Positions 37,628-47,838 of a DNA stretch of 64,000 nt are shown here, piece after piece. The position numbers and the translations under genes were made by a program. Source of the stretch: Candidatus Freyarchaeum deiterrae (GTDB taxonomy: Archaea; Asgardarchaeota; Jordiarchaeia; Jordiarchaeales; Jordiarchaeaceae); NCBI GenBank assembly GCA_037305845.1, contig CP147778.1, positions 2,880,001-2,944,000 on the forward strand, read 5' to 3'. The notes under the pieces were generated by a model that saw only the letters and a list, made by a program, of their open reading frames with translations, ran no database searches and had not been told where the DNA came from. Position 1 is the stretch's first letter. Each line of letters starts with the position of its first letter.

Positions 37628-39154
37628 TTGATTTTTCTGGAACTTACTGACGAGGCTAAAGTTAACGGTGGTACGCAGAGTGAACCGGGGGTTTCGGGAA
37701 GGACGTTTGGATTCTACGTTGCTGACGCTCACACTCATATCGGAAAAGAAGAAGTCTTAGAGTATGGAAGGAAAGCCTATAGGGAAAACAGTCCGAAACT
37801 TACTCTAGATTTCTATCAGAGGCTCCAGTTTGAGATTATTAACGCTATGAAAATAAATCCCAGCGGATACTGTTTTGTCCCAGCGAAACCTTTTACCAAG
37901 CCTCCAACTTTACAAGGCATGCTTTCCGAGGGCACACCCGATGCTCGAAGTATAGGCTGGACTGTTGACCAGTTCGTAGCCTTCCCCTTCAACGAAACCA
38001 CCGCCTATAAAACCAGCCCAAGCTTCCAGATACCAAACGACAGGGTTCTGAGCCGGGCAACAGTTCTCCCCTATTCCCTGAGAATGTTCGGCTTCGTAAG
38101 AGTTGACCCTCACGATGGAGATAAAGCTGTTCAGGAATTAATACGGTGCAGTCGCCAGAGAGCGAGAGGATTAAAGCTTCACCCCATTTCGCAAAAGTTC
38201 CTAAGCGAGATGCATTCCGAAAATGTGAAGAAAGTCGTGGCCACAGCAGCCAGACTCGGTTTGCCAGTCCTCTTCGACTGCAGATACCAGAGCACAGCCG
38301 AGGATATATACCGACTGACACAAGAAGTTAGAGACGAAATAGGAAGCAGCGACTTCGCCATAATAATAGGGCACTCGGGAATGGAGTACACGAAAGACGA
38401 ACTCTACGAATTCTTCAAAGACCCTAACGTCTACGCTGAAACCTCCGGAGTCAGAGGTTACGATGTTCCCCTCTTCTTCAAGAAGATGAAAAGCCATGTT
38501 CCCAACTGGTCAAGCAAGATCGTATTCGGAACAGACTACAATTACTTCAGCCTCCCCCAAGCCACAGACTTCCTCACCTACCTCTTCACAAAGGAGTTCC
38601 GCGACCAAACAGGAGGCACCCCCGAGGACATACAGCACATTCTTGCAGGAAACCTTCTATCAATAATTAAACCATTCATAATGTCACCAATCGAAGGAGG
38701 GAAAACTCCGAAAGACGGGAAACTTTACCGAGTAGGCTACGAACACGCAGATGCGTTCCTCAAAAACTTGTCACAGAGAATATCCTCCCTAATTGGGGGA
38801 AAAAAGCTAACCTACGTTACTTACGATGTCTTACTCTCCTCCGACTTCGGGATGGACTCCGAAAGCTTCCTCATAAACCTGTCCCGCGAGAAGGTCACAG
38901 CATCACAGGTCAATGAAGTCATAGTGGTTGCCAAGAGGAGGGATGAAGCAGGAGAGTGTCTGAATGTCTGCAATGTTACTGGGAAATTACTCCAAGTAGA
39001 GGAAGACTACAAGGAAGGGGGGACGCCGCAGAAAACAATACTCAACAATAAACTCTACACAAAGCTAATACACGAAATCGTCTTAAGCGCAAACCAAGAG
39101 AAAATCAAGACCAGAGAAGAAGCCGAAAAACTTCCAAAAATCCTAATCCTCTAA
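37628..39154 (+). CDS. Amidohydrolase_2-family metal-dependent TIM-barrel hydrolase with a C-terminal extension
   Basis: DAHTHIG (HxH), GFVRVDP, GLKLHP, IIGHSG, YAETS, IVFGTDY. Confidence 0.88.
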   Translation: MIFLELTDEAKVNGGTQSEPGVSGRTFGFYVADAHTHIGKEEVLEYGRKAYRENSPKLTLDFYQRLQFEIINAMKINPSGYCFVPAKPFTKPPTLQGMLSEGTPDARSIGWTVDQFVAFPFNETTAYKTSPSFQIPNDRVLSRATVLPYSLRMFGFVRVDPHDGDKAVQELIRCSRQRARGLKLHPISQKFLSEMHSENVKKVVATAARLGLPVLFDCRYQSTAEDIYRLTQEVRDEIGSSDFAIIIGHSGMEYTKDELYEFFKDPNVYAETSGVRGYDVPLFFKKMKSHVPNWSSKIVFGTDYNYFSLPQATDFLTYLFTKEFRDQTGGTPEDIQHILAGNLLSIIKPFIMSPIEGGKTPKDGKLYRVGYEHADAFLKNLSQRISSLIGGKKLTYVTYDVLLSSDFGMDSESFLINLSREKVTASQVNEVIVVAKRRDEAGECLNVCNVTGKLLQVEEDYKEGGTPQKTILNNKLYTKLIHEIVLSANQEKIKTREEAEKLPKILIL

Positions 39155-39262
39155 CATTCAAAACATTGGTAAAAGTTCCAAGACCTTATTGAAATTTTAA
39201 TAATTGCTGGGATTGGAAATAAAAAAGAGAAAAGAATGTTTTGTTTGTATTTTTACCATAGA

Positions 39263-39979
39263 TTACATGTTTCTGGATGAGTAGAAAACTACAGCCCAGA
39301 GAATGAAAGATATGAATATCAGTCCAAAGCCAACAATCAGTAGTACGTACCAAACACCGCCTAAAATGAAAAACATCGCACCTATGATGCTTAGAATCCC
39401 CGCAGCTGATGAAGCCCCTGGACTATCGGTCATATCACGCACCGAATAACTCGCCGAACCAACTAAGATGAAGGCAACACCCAGTATAAAGAATCCTATC
39501 CAGATAAGGGGAAAATTCGGCGTAGGCACAGGTAAAAAGGGAACCGCTTGCATTTCTACCATTAAATTTGCGTACATATACCCAGTTGTTAGGTTTCCCA
39601 TAATGATAAGCAAAGCTCCCCCTGCGATTACTATAATGCTGAAGATGAGACCCACTACACTCATCGCCCCTCCACCACTCTTGTGTATGCCGTAGAAGCC
39701 AATACCGATGAGAACACCGGTCACAATAAGGAGTATAGCCAATATAAAAGATGATACACTGAACGAAAACCAAGAAGGAGAATAAAGTGGGGGAGATGTG
39801 GGTTGTAATCCACCATATCCCGGTTCAAAGATAGGAATGAGGTAACTACTCCATTGCCCTAAGTAATTGTTCATGTCGGTTAGAAACGAGTAAGTTATAA
39901 AAACCCATATTATCCCAAAAGCTGCGGTTACTGTCCCTACTATTCCACCAACTGCACCAGATAGTAACGTTTTAGACAT
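39263..39979 (-). CDS. Multi-pass membrane protein (paralog of 15303..16037)
   Basis: GIGFYGIHK and ILVGSA..VRD..SAAGILSIIGA motifs. Confidence 0.75.
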   Translation of the reverse strand: MSKTLLSGAVGGIVGTVTAAFGIIWVFITYSFLTDMNNYLGQWSSYLIPIFEPGYGGLQPTSPPLYSPSWFSFSVSSFILAILLIVTGVLIGIGFYGIHKSGGGAMSVVGLIFSIIVIAGGALLIIMGNLTTGYMYANLMVEMQAVPFLPVPTPNFPLIWIGFFILGVAFILVGSASYSVRDMTDSPGASSAAGILSIIGAMFFILGGVWYVLLIVGFGLIFISFILWAVVFYSSRNM

Positions 39980-40246
39980 TCTCCAACCTCCTTAATTATA
40001 GCATGGAATTTTATTCTTACTTATTAGAAATCTTTAACATATTAACCTTGATGTCGAGGCAATTATCTAGATCAGTTTTTCATTTCGTAGGCGTCTGCAA
40101 ACAGTTCGTAGAAGGTATATAAAAAATCGTATAAAATTGCAAAAATCTTTTACCTAGAGTCGAACAAATCTCCATAACCTAAGGCTCTCTTAGGGTAAAG
40201 TTAATATGTCTCACTTTTGAAAGATTAAGTGAAAGGTGAATTTAAA

Positions 40247-41620
40247 ATGTCAATGATAAAGGTAGAAGTTATAAACGCTGGATCTGCTGAAGGAAGAGCT
40301 TTCATGAACAAGAATGACATGCAGAACATTGGCGCTGACGACTTCGACGTTATAGTTTTTATCAACCAGTACGAGGATTGGGGAGCGGCTCAGGTTATCG
40401 CGAGCAACGACTGCGCCGCCGGATACATAATGGTTGATGGATCGGTTCTCAACTCGGCAAACGTTTCAGAAGGAGACGCTGTCACCGTAAAGCGGAAAGA
40501 AGCGGTCGGTGGAGTTACTAACGTTCAAATCGGTGTGGAGCCGATGGCGGGTCAACCTACTGAGGAAGTTGTAGTTTGGGTTGCCGACCATGCTGACGAC
40601 CTTGCCCGTCTTTTGATGAAGAGGCCAATATACAGAAATCTTTCGATAGACTGGAGGGATGCAGAGATCGACCACATCAAGCTCAAAGTGCAGAAGACTA
40701 CTCCAGAACTCTACACGGAGGACGTAGCCATTATCGATCCTACTGGTAGAGAAGTAACTTTCGAGATTGTTCCCGCTGTAGACATGACGTTTAATGCCGT
40801 TCTTATGATTGATGTGTCTGGTAGTATGCAAAAGCAGGATATGAGAGTTATAAACGCTGATGGTGCGGTGGAGGGACTCAGAAGAGGGCTTAAGGAAACC
40901 CCTCAACTGAAGGACTTCATAGTTTCCATGGAAGAAGGAGCCATGGTGAGCAGAATAAAGAGTTCAGCACTGGCAACGCTCCTCTACCTCTCACTCAAAA
41001 TAGGTAGAGGATGGGGCGAAAACGTTCAGGTCATAACCTTCGCAGACGGGGCTGAGCCTCTAAGAGTAACGGACGCGGATGGAAACGTAAGCACAGTGAT
41101 AAAATGTACCGGTGAGAGCAAGGACATCGGACTTGAAACCATAGCAAACTATATCATAGAAAAGTGCAAAGAAGGAAGCGGACTAACATACATGAGCGGA
41201 GCAATAAAATTAGCCTCGGAAATCGCACCAGGGTTCCCATCAAACCCGAAAACCGGTCAACCATCCCCTATAATGTTCGTACTACTCACCGACGGAATGC
41301 CCAACAAGGGAGACTCAGGACAAGGGATAACCGTAAACCCCATACCCGCAATAAAGAAGTTCATGTCTGGGCAGACCGGCTGGGTGCTCTACTGCGTAGG
41401 AATAGGCGAAGCAGACGCTCAACTTTTACAAAAAATGGCGGAGCTTGGTAGAGGCGAGTTCCTCAAAGCAAGCGACTTCGGTCAGCTTTGGAAATGGTAC
41501 GACACTCTGGCTCAAAGGTTCGCCATCGCTGTTAAAACCACTCCCTCAACTTTCGTAGCCGAAGAAGAAGAAGTAAGAGAAATAAGAGAAGTAAGAGACG
41601 AAGGAGAGGATGCTGCTTAA
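40247..41620 (+). CDS. Cdc48/p97-type N-domain (double-psi beta-barrel + CDC48_2-like) fused to a vWA domain
   Basis: GRAFMNKNDMQNIGADDFDVI..GYIMVDGSVLNSANVSEGDAVTVKR resembles Cdc48_N; LLMKRPIYR..KVQKTTP resembles CDC48_2; vWA MIDAS DVSGS..GLTYM..LLTDG; AGGTGA SD before ATG 40247. Confidence 0.8.
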   Translation: MSMIKVEVINAGSAEGRAFMNKNDMQNIGADDFDVIVFINQYEDWGAAQVIASNDCAAGYIMVDGSVLNSANVSEGDAVTVKRKEAVGGVTNVQIGVEPMAGQPTEEVVVWVADHADDLARLLMKRPIYRNLSIDWRDAEIDHIKLKVQKTTPELYTEDVAIIDPTGREVTFEIVPAVDMTFNAVLMIDVSGSMQKQDMRVINADGAVEGLRRGLKETPQLKDFIVSMEEGAMVSRIKSSALATLLYLSLKIGRGWGENVQVITFADGAEPLRVTDADGNVSTVIKCTGESKDIGLETIANYIIEKCKEGSGLTYMSGAIKLASEIAPGFPSNPKTGQPSPIMFVLLTDGMPNKGDSGQGITVNPIPAIKKFMSGQTGWVLYCVGIGEADAQLLQKMAELGRGEFLKASDFGQLWKWYDTLAQRFAIAVKTTPSTFVAEEEEVREIREVRDEGEDAA

Positions 41621-44600
41621 GGCGCAGCTATTATTTCCCCTTTCTCTTTTTTTATTAATCGGTCAGAAACAGGCTGGCCATCTTCAGTCATTCTAAAGTC
41701 GAGAAGATATCTGGTACGGTATGGAATCTCTGGAATTTTCCAAGAGTAGGTACCGTAAATTTCTGTTTCTCTTTTCTGCTTAATGTTAAAGCCCGCAATT
41801 TTCATTTCTTCCCCTTGACTCGTGGCGTAAACATTGAGCTTGAGATCCTCACTATTATAGTTTTGTTTTACTACCACGTCGAAGTAAACTTTATCACCGC
41901 TATTCACCATATTGGGAATGCTCGGTGAACCCCTAATTTTAACTTCCAATGGTGCAACCTGTGGTTGAATAATTTGAAACCTGGTGGAAGATATCCACTC
42001 CTCCGCCTTACCCTTTTCCGCGTTATAGGAAAGCCTTGCAATGATGAAGCACTCTTTACCAAGGGTGTAAAGAGGTGGAGTGAAGACTTCATCTATTTGT
42101 CCCTGCTCCCCGGGCGTTAGCTTTAAACGATTACTTCTAAAGGTAGTCTTTTTCGAATTTAGGGGCAAGAGAGTGAAATCAACATCCACCTGGAGACTCT
42201 TCTCCGAGTTATTTCTAACTCTGAGTACATGCTTACCAGCCTCCCCCGCTTTCACGGCCCCCTGCAAGAGGGGAGGAGTAACATCAATAAGAGACTTTTG
42301 TTGCAATACATCAAAAGAGGTTTCCCTCGAGCCTATTCTTACATCTCCCACACTCAGACTAACTTCCAGCGAAGCCTTTTTCACTTCTGAGGGAATATCC
42401 CTGATTCTCATTGGTAGCGGTAGTAGATAGGTTCCATCCTCTCCTATAGTAAAGGAGTAAATCTCCTTCTGAATATCTACCTTTTCAGAAGAAATCTCTA
42501 GGTTAATGAAAAGATTCACTGGATCAAGCACATAGTTAACTTCAACCTCGATTAAAGGAACAATCCTAACTCCAGACATTATACCTTGCGGAGCATTAAC
42601 AAATCCATGAAGCCTCAATATTTTATTTACGTTGGGCGACTTTACAAGAATCTCTTCCGAGTCAAGCTTCTCTATAGCTGTTCCCTGGTAGAGAACCTCT
42701 GCTCTAAGCTTAAATCTTCTAGACTTGGGGAGATCTTTCATCTTGAATCTGTAACTTACTTTCTTTTTGTCTGATATGTTAAACAAGCTGTGGTCTACGA
42801 GAACTTCCTCCCCATTCACAGGGCAGTAATAAATATTCAACCCGTAAACCCCCGCCAAATCCGGATTAAGATTCCTGACCTCAATATCAAAATCGCAGTC
42901 CGAATCCAGAACCAATTCTTTCTCCTTAGAATGAACGTAGAGAGAAACCTTCGGCGGCTCAACAATCGAAGCCTCCACAGCCTTAGACTCCCTTACCCTC
43001 TTCGCAGTCACAGGCCTACTAACCACTGGCATACGAGCAGCACTAGTAGCTTCAGATGCTTCAGCAGTCCTTGGTAAACGCTGAACAGGCGGCTCCCGCC
43101 GTTCGGGAATCCTGGGCTCGGGTTTCGCAATTCGTTCCGTAAATGTTTTCCTCTCAGAGAATGTCTCCTCTCTACTGGGTATCCTTCTTGAAGCTTCAAC
43201 TGGAACTCTGGGCTCGGGTTTCGCAATTCGTTCTGCGGTCGGTTCTCTCGTAGTAAGTGCCCTCGCCTTCGTAGGAGTCTTCCTCGAAACTCCCGAGGAA
43301 ACCGCTGACTTAACGCCCCTCTTCTCAGCTTTCCCCATCCTTGAAGATGTAGACTTGGACTTCACTGTTGGCGTGACTGTTTTCAACTTCAGGGTGGATT
43401 TGGGATTTGCTTTGACACCCTGCTTAACTTTTTGAGACTGGGCTCGCATCTGTGTTTGAGTATATGCTTTGGGTTGAGCACGCTGAGGAATTTTTTGAGG
43501 TGGAGTTCTGATACTCGGCTGTGGTCTTCCCCTCTGGGTTACTTGCAGAGATTTGGTTTCAGTGGGCAATTTCGCCGTTACTTGAATTTCTGGTTTCATC
43601 GGTTCCGGTTCCGGTTCCTCTTTCGGGATGATTGATATGTTCGGGGTTCCATGCTCACCTACTACCCGCGACTTATAGAGAACCTGGGCTCTTATTTTCA
43701 GATACGCTTCCTTGGCGATTTCACTTGTTATTTTTAGCTTGTAGGGTATGTTTACTGTCGTGAGGCTGGTTAGATTCTTTTCTAGCTCAAGTTTGGAAGC
43801 TCCACTCGGAAGCCTTCGGTAAACGCGCAGCTGGTACCTTCCAGCGAACTGAGGAGTGTTGTTTGTCACTTGAATGTTTATATCGTAACTTCCGTCCTCA
43901 TCGACCTTTTTGGGAACGGGAGAAGTCTTAACCACGATGTTTGGTGTGGCAATTACCTTGAAGACATTGGTCTTTATTTCTGCTAACTCGTTTTTATTCT
44001 TGTCACGCACAGTAAACTGGAGAAAGCAGCTCTTGGTCTTGGAGAAGGCTCCAAAGGGCACTACAAGCGGGATAGCAGTCCCTCCAAATGTCGTCTCTCT
44101 ACCCGGCTTGAGTAAAACATCCTTTACCGCCGTGCTAACAACAGACTCCTCCCCGCCCACCCTAGATAAAACCTTTCCAAGAACTGTGACCCGTGTTTCA
44201 GAGTTGCTATTTGAAGTGAGACTCAGCTTGAAGGGAATCCGCTCCTGAGCAACAATCAGATTAGACTCCACCGAGCCGGAACCATTCACGGAGAGAGTAG
44301 GAGCAGCAGCAGCAACAGCAACAGTAGTAGGCGCAACGGCGTGCGCACGCTTAGCAGCAGCGGCAGGTGCAGCTGTGGGTACTCGCTCAGCAACAGCCGC
44401 CTTGGCAGTCTCTTCAGGGATTCCGAAGAGCTTGGTTATCGGGTCTTCTGTAAGGTTTGTGCAAAAATCCTCTGTTATCTTAATAAGGTTTGAAGTAACA
44501 CGAGCGAAGTCACCGCCTGAAGACTGGTAGAGGTAGAGAAGATAGTCCGCTGGGGAGCAGGGGGGCTCAAGTTGGCGGGTTCCCATTACAGATGTTAAAA

Positions 44601-45816
44601 CGGGGTTAAGGTACTCTTGGAACCCTAGTTCCTCAATTTCGTTTTGAATAAATCTCAGCATGCTTTGAACAGCTTCAAAAAGCTTCGTGTTCGGCTTACC
44701 AGAGTCGGGATTAGAATTATAGTACTTGGCGAACGACTTATCAGAACCGCTAAGATTCTCGTCCGGTAAGAATTTACCGAAGAGCCCAAACTCAACAGCC
44801 TTTTCCCGGTTGTCAACCAGAACCTCGGATTTCACAGCTGGCAACTTCTGACCAGATTTAACAAGCTTTGTAGCCTTGTATGCGAGGGTTTGAATAATTG
44901 CAATGAGAGCGAGTCTGCGTGCAACACTAAACTGGGTGTCAAAAACTCTCATCTCGATTGTTCCATAGTCGGTAAACGGCCACATATCAACAAACTTATC
45001 GTCGGGGGCCTCCCTGTTTACAACCTTATCAAAAATCCTCCTGTCAAATCTCTCAAGATAGGGGATGTAGTGATCCTTGTCTACAGGTCCCATCTGACCC
45101 TTGTTAAAACTCAGCCTCAGGCTTCTCACACTGTTCTGACTCAGAATGAAAACCTTAGGAGCTTTCTTTACTTTTACATTTCCTGTGGGTGCCTCATTTA
45201 TAAATGGTGAGTCTACAGCGAGCGCAATGAGGTGAGGTATAAAACATCGCAGCAGATTATATGCAGCTAGTCTATCCCTAGTGTCAGATATACCGATGTG
45301 GTAGTGGTCGCCGAAGGTAACTCCACTGCGGTACTCGGCTTCCCTTGGGTTAAAGCCAATTGATATAATTCCATACCCACTTGGCAAGGAATTCAGAGCA
45401 ACTCGGTAAAGAGACCTTATCCACCATCCCAGCTCTTCCATAGTCTCACACGGTGGGGTTACTAGTTCAAGAATCCAGGTGACTTGACTTATGTTCGGGT
45501 CCGGGCCGAAAGACATGATCTCAATGTTCTTACTGCCGTGCATCCTGTAGCTTACAGCAATGTAGGGCAGCCTTCTCCCCTGGCGTTCCTTCTCCACCCG
45601 CCACACACGAACAAGTTTCTCCCTCACGATGCTGGGGGCACCTTCGAGAACAGTTTTCTCCAGAATCGCTCCTGCACGTTTAAACAGGTTATCCCAAATC
45701 TTTATGAGGCGCTGACCCTGAAGAAGGGCACCACTCTGGTCTACTATCTGAAGCTCCATCTCAACACCCTGAGTAAAAGGAAGTCGTTTGCCACTACTAC
45801 TACTCAATTTAATCAC
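41617..45816 (-). CDS. GCS2-family (glutamate--cysteine/carboxylate-amine ligase) domain fused to several beta-sandwich domains and a low-complexity region
   Basis: TQGVEMELQIVD, LELVTPPC, TFGDHYHIG, GTIEMRVFDTQ in aa 1-~465; Ala-rich linker; beta-strand-rich units; Pro/Arg/Ser/Thr-rich region with a 26-bp exact repeat (43112-43137 and 43208-43233). Confidence 0.8.
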   Translation of the reverse strand: MIKLSSSSGKRLPFTQGVEMELQIVDQSGALLQGQRLIKIWDNLFKRAGAILEKTVLEGAPSIVREKLVRVWRVEKERQGRRLPYIAVSYRMHGSKNIEIMSFGPDPNISQVTWILELVTPPCETMEELGWWIRSLYRVALNSLPSGYGIISIGFNPREAEYRSGVTFGDHYHIGISDTRDRLAAYNLLRCFIPHLIALAVDSPFINEAPTGNVKVKKAPKVFILSQNSVRSLRLSFNKGQMGPVDKDHYIPYLERFDRRIFDKVVNREAPDDKFVDMWPFTDYGTIEMRVFDTQFSVARRLALIAIIQTLAYKATKLVKSGQKLPAVKSEVLVDNREKAVEFGLFGKFLPDENLSGSDKSFAKYYNSNPDSGKPNTKLFEAVQSMLRFIQNEIEELGFQEYLNPVLTSVMGTRQLEPPCSPADYLLYLYQSSGGDFARVTSNLIKITEDFCTNLTEDPITKLFGIPEETAKAAVAERVPTAAPAAAAKRAHAVAPTTVAVAAAAPTLSVNGSGSVESNLIVAQERIPFKLSLTSNSNSETRVTVLGKVLSRVGGEESVVSTAVKDVLLKPGRETTFGGTAIPLVVPFGAFSKTKSCFLQFTVRDKNKNELAEIKTNVFKVIATPNIVVKTSPVPKKVDEDGSYDINIQVTNNTPQFAGRYQLRVYRRLPSGASKLELEKNLTSLTTVNIPYKLKITSEIAKEAYLKIRAQVLYKSRVVGEHGTPNISIIPKEEPEPEPMKPEIQVTAKLPTETKSLQVTQRGRPQPSIRTPPQKIPQRAQPKAYTQTQMRAQSQKVKQGVKANPKSTLKLKTVTPTVKSKSTSSRMGKAEKRGVKSAVSSGVSRKTPTKARALTTREPTAERIAKPEPRVPVEASRRIPSREETFSERKTFTERIAKPEPRIPERREPPVQRLPRTAEASEATSAARMPVVSRPVTAKRVRESKAVEASIVEPPKVSLYVHSKEKELVLDSDCDFDIEVRNLNPDLAGVYGLNIYYCPVNGEEVLVDHSLFNISDKKKVSYRFKMKDLPKSRRFKLRAEVLYQGTAIEKLDSEEILVKSPNVNKILRLHGFVNAPQGIMSGVRIVPLIEVEVNYVLDPVNLFINLEISSEKVDIQKEIYSFTIGEDGTYLLPLPMRIRDIPSEVKKASLEVSLSVGDVRIGSRETSFDVLQQKSLIDVTPPLLQGAVKAGEAGKHVLRVRNNSEKSLQVDVDFTLLPLNSKKTTFRSNRLKLTPGEQGQIDEVFTPPLYTLGKECFIIARLSYNAEKGKAEEWISSTRFQIIQPQVAPLEVKIRGSPSIPNMVNSGDKVYFDVVVKQNYNSEDLKLNVYATSQGEEMKIAGFNIKQKRETEIYGTYSWKIPEIPYRTRYLLDFRMTEDGQPVSDRLIKKEKGEIIAAP

Positions 45817-46078
45817 TCTCTTGTTCCCTAGGACAGGTGGTGCAGAATCTCACACAACATATCCTTTATAACATATCTGGGAGTTGAATGATAAATTTCT
45901 TTCTTTGTCAGCAATTTCATAGATATACTTTAATTCGACTCTAAACTGGTTGCGGTGTGAAAATAGGATAAGGCAGCCGATTTAAAAGTGGAGTATAAAG
46001 GATATTCGTTGGGTTTTCTCCTTTAAATCGGGATATTAAAATAAATGTTTTTTTATTATTATGTTTTAGGTATGTATT

Positions 46079-47101
46079 CTAATCCTTTTTTTCCTTTGCT
46101 TTTCTTTTTTTAGTTCCTCCTTCTTCTTCTCCTTTGTCTTTGGTTCCGTCGATTGTGGAGAGGGTTTCGATTCTTTTGGCTACTTTCTGTACAAGTGATT
46201 CCAAGCTGCTTATCAGTTCCTCATCTTTAGGAAGCTCATCCCATTTCTTGGAGACAACCTCTCTTCTTTCTCTTAGAATCGTGAGGGGCTTCTGGAGAGG
46301 AAGCAGAGCACTGGCCTCAGTGATTGCTTTAGTTGGGCCTTTCTTTTTCAGCGTATCCACCAAACCGAGCACGATTCGATCAATTAGAATCTCGAAAAGG
46401 GCTCTTGAGCCCTCATTCATGATTGCTCTAATAAAGAGGAAGAACTCACTGTCTCCAATTTTTCTGAAACGCCATTCTTCGGATCCCGCTTCATGGCTGC
46501 TGGAAAACTCCAGTTTTAAATTCGATTTATTGGGCACGCTTTTGAGCATGTTTAAACAAGCGTAACGGATGCTGAGGTCTGGTTTGGCTTCCTTTTCCCA
46601 GCTGGCGGATATGCCTCCCTCTAGAGAAATCAGATAGACATTCTGTAGAATTATGTTTATCATTCGTCCCTCGGAAAGCCAGCCAATCTCTTTATCTATG
46701 TAGGATTGAAGCCTTTGGGGCACAACTTTTGCTTTAATAATATCCTCTATGCTTTTCCTTGTTTCATCGTCCAGCTCAATGGTTGCCTTCAATTCTTTTT
46801 CTAAATCTACATTTTTCTCGAGTAAACTAACTAATTCATCCAATTTAGAGTACATGATTTCCATATTGTCAGACACGTCAAAGATGCAGACCCAGAGACC
46901 CTTACCGGTCTCTTTAAGCAGAAGTGTGTATAATCCAAGCTGAATTTCTCGATAAAGGTGTTCTTTACTAAAAATCTGGGTAAGAAACTTGTTTAAAGCA
47001 CTCAACATACCCGAAAATAGGGTAAAATTGATGCCCAAACCATCATCATGTACCACGTGTCCTATTCCGTCCTGGGTAATGACAAGTAAGGCGTGTATCA
47101 A
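46079..47101 (-). CDS. Longin-like domain protein (probably two longin/roadblock-like domains plus a charged tail)
   Basis: MIHALLVITQDGI..LFSGMLSALNKFLTQIF..EIQLGLYTLLL matches the Asgard longin-like pattern; second unit NVYLISLEGG. Confidence 0.7.
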   Translation of the reverse strand: MIHALLVITQDGIGHVVHDDGLGINFTLFSGMLSALNKFLTQIFSKEHLYREIQLGLYTLLLKETGKGLWVCIFDVSDNMEIMYSKLDELVSLLEKNVDLEKELKATIELDDETRKSIEDIIKAKVVPQRLQSYIDKEIGWLSEGRMINIILQNVYLISLEGGISASWEKEAKPDLSIRYACLNMLKSVPNKSNLKLEFSSSHEAGSEEWRFRKIGDSEFFLFIRAIMNEGSRALFEILIDRIVLGLVDTLKKKGPTKAITEASALLPLQKPLTILRERREVVSKKWDELPKDEELISSLESLVQKVAKRIETLSTIDGTKDKGEEEGGTKKRKAKEKKD

Positions 47102-47218
47102 ATATTATAACCCCATCATTATGAATGTTTGATAAAAACTCTTAAGGTACAAAAGCTATTTATTCTTAGCGGAACAAAAAATCTATGACCAAGAACCCTG
47201 TAAGTGAGGTAAAACTGC

Positions 47219-47767
47219 ATGCCAGACAAATACATATTCAAAGTACTATTACTCGGTGAAGGAGGCGTCGGCAAAACCACTCTAAAACAAAGGTACACAG
47301 AAGGGCTTGTTGACCCCATATACAAAACCACAATAGGTGTGGATTTTGGACAAATAGACACAAAACTCGCCGAGCAGGAAATATCTCTGCATTTTTGGGA
47401 CATTGGGGGTCAAATCCAGTTTCGCGATATTTCTGGCGCCTTCTATAAGGGTGCTAAGGCGGCTATTCTGATGTTTGATGTCACCCAGCCTACTACCTTT
47501 GATGGTCTCAGCGAATGGCTTAAATTGATGCAGGAGGAAAATGTTTACAATATTCCCAAGATAATAGTAGGAAATAAAATAGACATCAGAAAATCTGATA
47601 AAGGACATCATGTCACCTCCGAGAAGGCAAAGAAATTCTGTAATAACCTGAAAATGGAATACTTTGAAACCTCAGCTCTTTTCGGCGAGGGCACGGAGGA
47701 ACTATTAAAGAATCTGGTAAACATCATCGCAACGACCTACCTCAGTATAAGTAAAAAAGCGGTGTAA
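47219..47767 (+). CDS. Rab-like small GTPase (Ras superfamily)
   Basis: G1 GEGGVGKTT, G2 TIGVDF, G3 WDIGGQ, FYKGA, G4 GNKID, G5 ETSAL; no C-terminal Cys. Confidence 0.95.
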   Translation: MPDKYIFKVLLLGEGGVGKTTLKQRYTEGLVDPIYKTTIGVDFGQIDTKLAEQEISLHFWDIGGQIQFRDISGAFYKGAKAAILMFDVTQPTTFDGLSEWLKLMQEENVYNIPKIIVGNKIDIRKSDKGHHVTSEKAKKFCNNLKMEYFETSALFGEGTEELLKNLVNIIATTYLSISKKAV

Positions 47768-47838
47768 AAAGAACTCTTGAAAGATAATTTTCATACTACA
47801 AATAGTTTAGAATATACTACGGACATCTGGCGGTTCCT

